Assembly: GCA_029262695.1 (NCBI GenBank)
Contig: JAJCYV010000004.1
Location: 2,807-66,806 of the forward strand
Length of the DNA: 64,000 nucleotides
From: Chloroflexota bacterium
GTDB lineage: Bacteria > Chloroflexota > Dehalococcoidia > SM23-28-2 > RBG-16-64-32
Direction of reading: 5' to 3'
The notes under the pieces are model-generated. The model searched no databases. It was not told the DNA's origin and saw only the letters and a program-made list of their open reading frames with translations. Positions 30,868-38,543 of this stretch are shown here, in pieces. Position numbers and translations under genes: made by a program. Each line of letters starts with the position of its first letter. Within the stretch, counting starts at the first letter, position 1.

Positions 30868-31257
30868 ATGGAACGACGAGCGATCAACCCCTGGAGCTGG
30901 CAGGACAGCTTCGGCTTCGTGCAGGCGAACGAGATCACCGGCGCGCAGAAAGTCCTCTACTGCTCCGGCCAGACGTCAGTCGACGAGAACGGCACGCCCC
31001 TGCATGAAGGCGACATGGCCGGCCAGGCAGGCAAGGCGCTCGACAACCTGGAGGTCGTGCTCAAGGACGCCGGCATGGACCTGAGCAACGTCGTGCGCCT
31101 GACGATCTACACCACCGACGTCGACGCCACGATCGCCAACTTCGGCGCCGTGGCACCGCGTCTCGCCCCGATCAAGGCCGCGCAGACTCTGATTGGCGTT
31201 GCCCGCCTCGCCTTCCCGCCGCTGATGATCGAGATCGAAGCCACGGCCGTCGCCTGA
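30868..31257 (+). CDS. RidA/YjgF (Rid) family protein
   Basis: LYCSGQTS, ALDNLEVVL, TLIGVARLA, IEIEATA; canonical Arg appears replaced (AAQT). Confidence 0.85.
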   Translation: MERRAINPWSWQDSFGFVQANEITGAQKVLYCSGQTSVDENGTPLHEGDMAGQAGKALDNLEVVLKDAGMDLSNVVRLTIYTTDVDATIANFGAVAPRLAPIKAAQTLIGVARLAFPPLMIEIEATAVA

Positions 31258-31260
31258 CTC

Positions 31261-32220
31261 ATGCCGAATCTCTACGGCGCGATCGACCTCGGCGGCACCA
31301 ACGTGCGGGCGATCGTCGCCGGCCTCGACGGTAAGATCAGCGGCGACGACCGGCGCCCCTCACGTGCCAGCGATGGCCTCGACGAGACGATCGAGACGCT
31401 GCTCGCGTCGCTGGAGCAGGCTTGTTCGGAGGCCGGAATCGGAGCCGGCGGCCTCAGCGGCCTCGGCGTCGCCACGCCCGGCTGGGTGGACACGGAACGC
31501 GGCGTCGTGCCGGCGGCGCCACAGCTCATCGGCTGGTGGGACGTGCCGCTCGTGGAAATGCTGCAAGAGCGCCTCGGCGTCACCGTCCGACTGGAGAACG
31601 ACGCCAACGCCGCCGCGCTCGGCGAGAACGCCTTCGGGGCCGGCCGCGGTACGCGGCACATGCTCTACATAACCGTAAGCACCGGCGTCGGCGCCGGCAT
31701 CGTCGCCGACGGGCGGCTGTACGGTGGCGCGAAAGGCTCCGCCGGCGAGATCGGTCACACGATCGTCGACCCGTCCGGCCCGCGCTGCGGCTGCGGTAAC
31801 AGCGGCTGCCTCGAGTCGCTCTCCTCCGGAACGGCGATCGCCCGCCGGGCGACAGAGGCTGCCGACCGGGGAGACTCGGCCGCCCTCGCCGCTATCAAGG
31901 AGCGCGAAGGCCGCCTCAGCGCGCGTCTGGTCGCCGACGCCGCGCGCAAAGGAGACGCCGCGAGCGTTGCGATCTACGAAAAGGCGGGCCGATTCCTGGG
32001 GATCGCGCTGGCCAACGCCGTTAACCTCCTCAGCCCCGAGGCGATCGTCCTCGGTGGCGGCGTCATGCAGGCAAAGGACCTCTTCCTCCCGCGCGCGGAG
32101 GAAACGATGCGCGCTCTTGCGTTGGACGAGCCGCTGAAGCACATGCGCCTCGCGGAGGCCGAACTGGGCGACCGCGCCGGCGTCATGGGGATGATCGCCC
32201 GCCTCGGCCAGTCCGGCTAA
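31261..32220 (+). CDS. ROK-family sugar kinase (glucokinase-like)
   Basis: IDLGGT, LENDANAAALGE, GEIGH, CGCGNSGCLE. Confidence 0.9.
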   Translation: MPNLYGAIDLGGTNVRAIVAGLDGKISGDDRRPSRASDGLDETIETLLASLEQACSEAGIGAGGLSGLGVATPGWVDTERGVVPAAPQLIGWWDVPLVEMLQERLGVTVRLENDANAAALGENAFGAGRGTRHMLYITVSTGVGAGIVADGRLYGGAKGSAGEIGHTIVDPSGPRCGCGNSGCLESLSSGTAIARRATEAADRGDSAALAAIKEREGRLSARLVADAARKGDAASVAIYEKAGRFLGIALANAVNLLSPEAIVLGGGVMQAKDLFLPRAEETMRALALDEPLKHMRLAEAELGDRAGVMGMIARLGQSG

Positions 32221-32226
32221 CGCGGC

Positions 32227-32745
32227 TCAGGCCCGAGCGCGGCGGCGGCGCGAAAAGCGGCCCGGACGGCCCTTCTTCGGCTCTTCCGCCTCCAGCGCCG
32301 GCGCGATGTTCGCCCGTTCGCGCTCGATGATCGGTTGGCACACGGCGATGATGCGCGACAGGCGCTCGGCGATCTCCGAGGCCAGCGCCGGCGACGGTGG
32401 GTCATACGGGACCGTCTGGTGCAGCCGCGCCCAGGACGCCGTCCACTCCTCAAGCTCCATCTGCGGCCCGAGCTGCGCCTGGATCTCCGGCATGTAAGGC
32501 GCCATCAGCTCCGCCCAGCGGTAGGAAAAGTCATGCGGCCCCTCGAAATGCAGGCCGATCTCGATGCGCTCCGTCTTGCGCGTCAGGCAGACTTCGTAGT
32601 GCACCTTCGGCGAATGGAAGTGCAACTGGAACCAGACGAAGCGGACGCGGTGCGTGCAGGCCTCGCGCAGCGCCTTCGGTAGCGCCGCCAGCGTCTCGTC
32701 TTCGATCTGGGCCATGAACTCGCTCACGCGCATGCGGGGTGGCAT
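32227..32745 (-). CDS. Hypothetical protein
   Basis: Coding-like frame (KVHYEV...IEIGLHFEG...LEEWTASWARLH), basic C-tail. Confidence 0.65.
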   Translation of the reverse strand: MPPRMRVSEFMAQIEDETLAALPKALREACTHRVRFVWFQLHFHSPKVHYEVCLTRKTERIEIGLHFEGPHDFSYRWAELMAPYMPEIQAQLGPQMELEEWTASWARLHQTVPYDPPSPALASEIAERLSRIIAVCQPIIERERANIAPALEAEEPKKGRPGRFSRRRRARA

Positions 32746-32867
32746 GCGACCAGATTGGCGGCACGGGCGGCGCTCGTCAAGCTGTCTCCAGCGCGCGCCC
32801 GCTGATACAATCGGGTCGATTCGTCCACCAACGCTAGAGGCCCGCAACTCTGGGTCGGGAGGTCTGG

Positions 32868-33536
32868 ATGGCAGCGCTGATCGTCGTCGCAATCATCATC
32901 GCCATCGTCGTCGTCGTCGTGATGGTGTTCATCGGGATGTACAACGGCCTTGTGCGGTCACGAAACCGCGTGAAGGAGGCCTGGTCCGGCATCGACGTCC
33001 AACTCAAGCGCCGGTCGAGCCTCGTGCCCAACCTCGTCGAGACCGTCCGCGGCTATGCTGCGCACGAGCGCGAGACGTTCGAAGAAGTGACCCGCGCCCG
33101 CTCGATGCTGGAGCAGGCGCAGCAGAGCGGCGGCCCGGCAGACCAGGCGGTTGCGAACAATATGCTCACGGGCGCCCTGCGCCACCTGTTCGCCGTCGCC
33201 GAGAACTACCCGGAGCTGAAGGCGGCCGACAACTTCCGCCAGCTCCAGACGGAACTCTCCGACATCGAGGAGAAGATCGCCTTCGCGCGCCAGTTCTACA
33301 ACTCGAACGTCCTCAGCTACAACAACCGCATCCAGGTTGTGCCCGCAGTCTTCATCGCCGGCATGTTCGGCTTCACCGCAGAGCAGTTCTTCGAGACGGA
33401 CGAGGACGGGCGCGCCGAGGTCAGCGTCGACTTCAGCCGCGAGCCGACGCCACCGCCGGCGCCACCCGCGGCGCCACCGGCCGGCGACGCTTCTGGCGGT
33501 GGGTCAGCCCCGGATCAGAGCGGGACACCCGGCTAG
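32868..33536 (+). CDS. lemA: LemA family protein
   Basis: N-terminal TM, YNGLVRSRNRVKEAWSGIDVQLKRR, ENYPELKA, ARQFYN. Confidence 0.92.
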   Translation: MAALIVVAIIIAIVVVVVMVFIGMYNGLVRSRNRVKEAWSGIDVQLKRRSSLVPNLVETVRGYAAHERETFEEVTRARSMLEQAQQSGGPADQAVANNMLTGALRHLFAVAENYPELKAADNFRQLQTELSDIEEKIAFARQFYNSNVLSYNNRIQVVPAVFIAGMFGFTAEQFFETDEDGRAEVSVDFSREPTPPPAPPAAPPAGDASGGGSAPDQSGTPG

Positions 33537-33548
33537 CGCGTCTGCCAG

Positions 33549-34520
33549 ATGGACGAATCGTCCCGGGCCCCGCAAGAGCGGGTGCTTATCTGGGACCGCA
33601 TAGACGCCAACAAGTGGCGCACGGTCCTCCTCATCCTGGGCTTCGTTATCTTCACCGCGCTCTTCTTCGCCGCCGTCGGCACGGTGATCTCCGTGTACGC
33701 GGGCGTTAGCCCGAGCGTCGATCCCACGCTCACCATTCAGATCGCTGTGGCGACGGCGCTCGTCGCCACGGCCATCGGCGTGATGATGTACTACGCCGCC
33801 ACAGCGACCGTGCTCGCAATCTCTGGCGCGCACGAGGTCACTGTCGCCGAAGAGCCGGAGCTGTACCGCGTCGTCGAGAACCTGAGCATCGGCTCCGGCC
33901 TGCCGATGCCCAAGGTCTGGGTGGTCGAGGACAGCGCGCCGAACGCCTTCGCCACCGGCCGTGACCCGGAGCGAGCACACGTCGCCGCCACGCGTGGTCT
34001 CATCGACAAGCTCGAGAAGCGCGAGCTGGAGGCCGTTATGGCGCACGAGATGTCGCACATCGGCAACTACGACATCCGGATCATGACGACGGTGGCGGTC
34101 GTCGTCGGCCTGATGGCGCTCTTCACGGACATGATGCTGCGCTTCACCTGGTACGGCGCCGGTGCGAGGCGGGGCAACCGCGGCAAGGGAGGCGGCGGGA
34201 TCGCTCTGCTCATCCTCGCCGTCGCGATCGTCTTCATCGTCCTCTCGCCGTTTATCGCCTCCGCGCTGCGTTTCGCCGTGTCCCGCCAACGCGAGTACCT
34301 GGCCGACGCCTCTGGGGCGCTCCTCTGCCGCAACCCGGACGCGCTGGCCGATGCGCTCGAAAAGATATCGGCCGATCCGGAGCCGCTGGAGGCCGCCAAC
34401 AAGGCCACTGCGCATCTCTACATCGAAAACCCGCTCAAAGAGCACAAGAGCTTCCTCAATAGCCTCTTCGCCACTCACCCGCCCGTGGACGAGCGCATCA
34501 AGCTCCTCCGCGCGATGTGA
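33549..34520 (+). CDS. htpX: HtpX-like M48 Zn metalloprotease (lemA-associated)
   Basis: PNAFATGRDP, HEMSH, SRQREYLAD, THPPVDERI. Confidence 0.9.
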   Translation: MDESSRAPQERVLIWDRIDANKWRTVLLILGFVIFTALFFAAVGTVISVYAGVSPSVDPTLTIQIAVATALVATAIGVMMYYAATATVLAISGAHEVTVAEEPELYRVVENLSIGSGLPMPKVWVVEDSAPNAFATGRDPERAHVAATRGLIDKLEKRELEAVMAHEMSHIGNYDIRIMTTVAVVVGLMALFTDMMLRFTWYGAGARRGNRGKGGGGIALLILAVAIVFIVLSPFIASALRFAVSRQREYLADASGALLCRNPDALADALEKISADPEPLEAANKATAHLYIENPLKEHKSFLNSLFATHPPVDERIKLLRAM

Positions 34521-34990
34521 CGACCGTGCCGCCGCTACTGCGACCCGCCCGCGCGGAGGACATCGACGCCATCACTCGGCTCATCGCCTCCGAGACGTTG
34601 CCGGCGGTCGAGGTCGCGGAGTGGCTGGGGGGCTTCTGGGTGCTGGAAGAGGCCGGGACGCTCGTCGCTTGCGCGGGAATCGAGCGCTACGGCGAGGCGG
34701 CCGTCCTGCGCTCGGTCGTAGTGGCCGCGTCGCTGCGCGGGAGTGGCGAAGGTGCGCGAATGACGGAGCGTGCGCTGGCCTTCGCGCGGGACGACGGCGC
34801 CCGGCGCTGTTATCTGTTCACGATGGCCGCGCCGGAGTTCTTCGCGCGGTTCGGGTTCGAACGCTGTCGGCTGGACGACTTCGAGCCCGACGCGAGGGAG
34901 TCCTGGCAGTGGCGGGGCGTCTCAGGGAGCGAGGGTCTCGCCGGGCAGGTGATCCCGATGCGGGCCGACCTCCAGGCCCGCTCGTCCTGA
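34517..34990 (+). CDS. GNAT N-acetyltransferase (ArsN2/ArgA-like)
   Basis: LRSVVVAASLRGSGEG, YLFTMAAPEFFARFGF. Confidence 0.8.
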   Translation: MTTVPPLLRPARAEDIDAITRLIASETLPAVEVAEWLGGFWVLEEAGTLVACAGIERYGEAAVLRSVVVAASLRGSGEGARMTERALAFARDDGARRCYLFTMAAPEFFARFGFERCRLDDFEPDARESWQWRGVSGSEGLAGQVIPMRADLQARSS

Positions 34991-35010
34991 GGCTCTCGAA
35001 GGGCGAGCGG
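34978..35010. repeat. REP-like hairpin between convergent GNAT and selD
   Basis: CCGCTCGTCCTGAGGCTCTCGAAGGGCGAGCGG; one mismatch to copy at 37284-37316. Confidence 0.85.
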
Positions 35011-35025
35011 AGCACCTGCGCCCCG

Positions 35026-36069
35026 CTACGCAACCACTTCGACGCCGGCGCCCGTGACAACCTCGCCGATCGCCCAGGCCGAAAGGCCCGCCGCCTTGAA
35101 CCGCGCCTGCGCGTCACTCGCGCGGTCCTGCCCCACCGCCATCAGCAGCCCGCCCGACGTCTGTGGGTCGAACAGCACGCCCTGCATCGCCTCGCTGACT
35201 GCCTGGTCCAGGCGGACGTGCTCGCCGTAGAACTCGCGGTTCCGCCTCGCGCCGGCCGTGGAGATGCCGCCTTTCGCGTGCTCCAGCGCGCCCGGTAGCA
35301 CGGGCACAGCCGGCGCGATGATGCGCAGGCGAACGTCGCTCGCCGCGGCAACTTCGCGGGCGTGGCCCAGGAGGCTGTAGCCGGTAACGTCCGTCATCGC
35401 GTGGGCGCTGATCTCGCGCGCGATGTGCGAGGCGTGGCGGTTGAGCGTCGTCATGCTCTCGACCGCGGCCGCCAGTTGCTCCGGCGACGCCTCGTCGCGG
35501 CCCGCCGCCGTCGTGATGATGCCCGTCCCCAGCGCCTTCGTGAGGAAGAGCACGTCGCCCGGCTCCGCGCCCCCTTTGCGGAAGATGGCGTCCGGGTGCA
35601 CCAGCCCCATTGCGCAGAGGCCGTACTTCGGCTCGTCATCGAGGATCGTGTGCCCGCCGGCGATGACGCCGCCGGCCTCACGCACTTTGTCGGCGCCGCC
35701 CTGGATCACCTTCGCGATCGTCTCCGATGCCATGTCCTCCGGGAACGCCGCAACGTTCAGCGCCAGCACGACCTCGCCGCCCATCGCGTAGACGTCGCTC
35801 ATGGCGTTGGTCGCGGAGATCGCGCCGTAGTCGTAGGGGTCGTCCACCAGCGGCGCGAAAAAGTCGACCGTCAGCACGACGGCCTGCTCGTCGTTCAGGC
35901 GGTAGACGGCGGCGTCGTCCGGCGCGGTCAGGCCGACAAGCAGGTCAGGCTGATCGGCGGAAACGTCCGAGAGATGTCGCAGGACCTCTGACAGCTCTTG
36001 CATGCCAGCCTTGCCTGCGCAACCCGCGCAGGACGCCAGCTTCGTCAGCCGCTCCGTACCGCTCGCCAT
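35026..36069 (-). CDS. selD: Selenide, water dikinase (Cys-type)
   Basis: RLTKLASCAGCAGK, DDAAVY, TVDFF, NAMSDVYAMGG, DVTGYSLLGH, DPQTSGGLL; AAGGAG RBS. Confidence 0.95.
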   Translation of the reverse strand: MASGTERLTKLASCAGCAGKAGMQELSEVLRHLSDVSADQPDLLVGLTAPDDAAVYRLNDEQAVVLTVDFFAPLVDDPYDYGAISATNAMSDVYAMGGEVVLALNVAAFPEDMASETIAKVIQGGADKVREAGGVIAGGHTILDDEPKYGLCAMGLVHPDAIFRKGGAEPGDVLFLTKALGTGIITTAAGRDEASPEQLAAAVESMTTLNRHASHIAREISAHAMTDVTGYSLLGHAREVAAASDVRLRIIAPAVPVLPGALEHAKGGISTAGARRNREFYGEHVRLDQAVSEAMQGVLFDPQTSGGLLMAVGQDRASDAQARFKAAGLSAWAIGEVVTGAGVEVVA

Positions 36070-36139
36070 GCCGCTCCTTTCGCTCGATTCGTACGTTGTC
36101 CAGTATAGACGCGTTCCGCCCGCGCTATTCTTACTGCAC

Positions 36140-37168
36140 ATGAGACCACCCGCCGCTCTCTCCCTGCTCCTCGTTCTACCGCTGGCCCTCGCCGCCTGCA
36201 GTAGTGGCGGCGAGCCGGCGCCCACCGGGCCGACCGCCACGCCGTTCGTTATCCTCGGCTCGCCGGACGGAAGCTCACCATCGCCTGGCGCGGGCACGGC
36301 GACCGACGATCCGACCATGACGCCCCAGCCGACCGGCGAGCTGGTCTCGCTCGACTGGCTGGCCGGGAGCGCCGCGTTCCCGGCTGTGCCGTCGCCGTTC
36401 GCCGCGCCGGTTGCCGACCCCGACCTGCTCGCCGCTGTCGAAGGAGCGCTGGACGGGCTCGACGGCGGGTTCAGCGTGATCGTCCACAACCTCGCCGACG
36501 GGCGCTACGCGGCGATCAACCCGAACACCGCGTACTATGCTGCGAGCCTGTTTAAGGCCCCCGTCTTGATCGAGACGTACCGGCAGCACGACCTCGGCAT
36601 CATCGACTTCTCGACCGAACTCACGATCGACGAGGAGGTCGCGCAGTACGATCTCGGAACGTTTGAGTATCTGGGGCTCGCGGAAGGCGATATCGTGCTC
36701 CTCGGCGAGGCTGTCGAAGCGATGGTCGTCGTCAGCGATACGGCGCTCGCGAACCTCGTGCTCGGTGAGGTCGGCTCCGGCAACGTCGACGCGACGCTCG
36801 GCGAGATCGGCGCCACGACGATGTCCGTCAGCACCCGCGACCTGCCGACGACCGCCGCCGACATGTACGCTGTCCTCTCCGCGATTGCGACGGGCGACGG
36901 CGTCTCGGAGGGTTCGCGGCAGGAGATGCTGAGCCTGATGGCGCAGGAGTGGTTCTACAGCGGCGTCGTCGCCGGCATTCCGGCCGGTACGCCCTTCGCC
37001 CACAAGACCGGCAGCTTCACAGACGCCACGCACGACGTCGCCGTCGTCGAAGGCCCGGAGGGGCCGTACATCATCGTCGTCCTCAGCGACGGCTCGTACC
37101 AGTGGGAGCCGATCGCCGGCGTCTCCGATGCCGTCTGGCGGCACTTCGCCGGCGAGCCCGAAGACTAG
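36140..37168 (+). CDS. Serine hydrolase lipoprotein (class A beta-lactamase-like fold)
   Basis: Lipobox LAAC; AASLFK (SxxK), SDT, HKTG. Confidence 0.8.
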   Translation: MRPPAALSLLLVLPLALAACSSGGEPAPTGPTATPFVILGSPDGSSPSPGAGTATDDPTMTPQPTGELVSLDWLAGSAAFPAVPSPFAAPVADPDLLAAVEGALDGLDGGFSVIVHNLADGRYAAINPNTAYYAASLFKAPVLIETYRQHDLGIIDFSTELTIDEEVAQYDLGTFEYLGLAEGDIVLLGEAVEAMVVVSDTALANLVLGEVGSGNVDATLGEIGATTMSVSTRDLPTTAADMYAVLSAIATGDGVSEGSRQEMLSLMAQEWFYSGVVAGIPAGTPFAHKTGSFTDATHDVAVVEGPEGPYIIVVLSDGSYQWEPIAGVSDAVWRHFAGEPED

Positions 37169-37171
37169 CGC

Positions 37172-38005
37172 ATGCCGCACAAGCGAACGACGCCCCGCCC
37201 CGCTCGTCCTGAGGGGTCGAAGCCTGCCCTGAGCGTCCGGCGGACAGTCGAAGGGGAACGAGCGGAGCAACCAGCGCCTCGTCCCGCTCGTCCTGAGGTT
37301 CTCGAAGGGCGAGCGGGCCACCCACGTCCCGATACCCTCCTCGCACCCGCCGAGATCGTGCGCCGCCTCGCCCCGCTCTACGGCGAAGCGGCCTGGCGCC
37401 CTCACGGCGACCCGATGACCGAACTCGTCCTCACGGTCCTCTCTCAGAACACGACCGACACCAACTCCGGCCGCGCCTTCATGCGCCTGCGCCGGCGCTT
37501 CGATAGCTGGGACGCGCTGGCCGCCGCGCCCGTCGAGGAGATCGAGCGCGAGATCGCGGTCGGCGGCCTGGCGAAGCAGAAGGCGCCGCGCATCAAGGCC
37601 GCACTTCGCGCTATTCGTGAGAAGCGCGGCTCGTGGGACCTCGGTTTCCTGCGCGACCTGCCGCTGGACGAGGCGAAGGCCTGGCTGCGCGAGCTGAGCG
37701 GCGTCGGCCCCAAGACGGCCGCCTGCGTGCTCATGTTCGCGCTCGGCCTGCCCGCGCTGCCCGTGGACACGCACGTCCACCGCGTTTCGCAGCGCCTCGG
37801 CCTCGTTCCGCCGAAGGCCACGCCCGAGAAGGCGCACGACATCCTTCAGGACGCGCTAGATCCGGAGCTGGTCCACCCGCTGCACATCTCGCTGATCAAA
37901 CACGGCCGCCGCCTCTGCCGCGCCCGGAGCCCCCTCTGCGCCGGGTGCCCGCTGCTGGACGGCTGCCCGGCCGGTCAGGGGCTCGTGGGAGGCGCTGGAG
38001 ATTGA
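37172..38005 (+). CDS. nth: Endonuclease III (HhH-GPD) with REP-derived N-terminal extension
   Basis: LSQNTTD, LSGVGPKTA, PVDTHVHRV, C-x6-C-x2-C-x5-C Fe-S motif. Confidence 0.88.
   Translation: MPHKRTTPRPARPEGSKPALSVRRTVEGERAEQPAPRPARPEVLEGRAGHPRPDTLLAPAEIVRRLAPLYGEAAWRPHGDPMTELVLTVLSQNTTDTNSGRAFMRLRRRFDSWDALAAAPVEEIEREIAVGGLAKQKAPRIKAALRAIREKRGSWDLGFLRDLPLDEAKAWLRELSGVGPKTAACVLMFALGLPALPVDTHVHRVSQRLGLVPPKATPEKAHDILQDALDPELVHPLHISLIKHGRRLCRARSPLCAGCPLLDGCPAGQGLVGGAGD
37200..37265. repeat. Nested REP-like palindrome in nth 5' region
   Basis: CCGCTCGTCCTGAGGGGTCGAA-GCCTGCCCTGAGCGTCCGGCGGACAGTCGAAGGG-GAACGAGCGG. Confidence 0.8.
37283..37317. repeat. REP-like hairpin in nth 5' region
   Basis: CCCGCTCGTCCTGAGGTTCTCGAAGGGCGAGCGGG. 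Confidence 0.85.
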
Positions 38006-38039
38006 TCGCTGGCCACCCTCGAATCGGTAGGGACGACTC

Positions 38040-38258
38040 CTAGTCCGGCTTGCGCGTCGAGAAGTAGAAGAGGACGCCACCGAGCCAGCTGTTGCCGTCC
38101 TCTCCGATCGGAACGGGGACGGTCGACTCCAGCTGCCAACCCTCTTCAGCGTAAGCCTGTAGCAATACGCGCTGCCGTTCGATGTACTCGTTCCAGTCAC
38201 CCTCGCTAAGAGGATTGCCACCAAACCAGACCATCCCGACGTCGTACACGAGTGCCAT
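38040..38258 (-). CDS. Small hypothetical protein (DUF4177-like)
   Basis: LLQAYAEEGWQLEST...LFYF pattern; AGGGG RBS. Confidence 0.5.
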   Translation of the reverse strand: MALVYDVGMVWFGGNPLSEGDWNEYIERQRVLLQAYAEEGWQLESTVPVPIGEDGNSWLGGVLFYFSTRKPD

Positions 38259-38344
38259 TGCCCCTGCCTTTCGTCCGCCCCGGCGATTGTCGTTCTCCGT
38301 GGGTCGTCGCCCATTCTAGCCCAGGGCTGCGATCACCTGCTCGC

Positions 38345-38374
38345 TTGACACCACCGCTCGCTCGCCCGTAACAT
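38345..38374 (+). promoter_or_regulatory. Sigma70 promoter of arg operon leader
   Basis: TTGACA-18 nt-TAACAT. Confidence 0.7.
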
Positions 38375-38383
38375 CGCTCCATC

Positions 38384-38458
38384 ATGTTCCTCGTGCCTGA
38401 GAGCCGCGCCCGACGACCGCGACCCGTTGGTGGGGCGGTCTCGCACGTCTTTCGATAG
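38384..38458 (+). CDS. Putative Arg-rich attenuator leader peptide MFLVPESRARRPRPVGGAVSHVFR
   Basis: ATG near predicted TSS; Arg codons CGC,CGA,CGA,CGA,CGA; overlaps sequence complementary to terminator arm. Confidence 0.7.
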   Translation: MFLVPESRARRPRPVGGAVSHVFR

Positions 38459-38493
38459 CGAGAACAGACGCTAGCTGCAAAGCAGTTCGTTGA

Positions 38494-38525
38494 GCCCCAC
38501 CGCTGATCAGTGGTGGGGGTTTTTT
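38494..38525 (+). terminator. Intrinsic terminator (attenuator) upstream of argC
   Basis: CCCCACCGCT-GATC-AGTGGTGGGG followed by GTTTTTT, 18 nt before argC ATG. Confidence 0.85.
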
Positions 38526-38543
38526 ATTTCTGGAGAAGCAAAG

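Noticed and set aside
36019..36030. Possible selenocysteine (TGA) codon in selD
   Set aside because: Both active-site positions are TGC; the frame is open without recoding.
36140..37168. Antibiotic-resistance beta-lactamase
   Set aside because: SxxK and KTG are present, but SDT replaces SDN and it is a lipoprotein with a long linker; only the fold can be claimed.
34978..37317. Repeated 33-35 bp palindromes as a CRISPR array
   Set aside because: Copies are dispersed and nested, not regularly spaced with unique spacers; no cas genes.
38380..38530. T-box riboswitch as the explanation of the arg leader
   Set aside because: No AAnnnGGGTGGnACC T-box consensus or stem I motifs and the leader is short; the uORF attenuator fits better. 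The argS upstream gap (55532-55604) also lacks a T-box.
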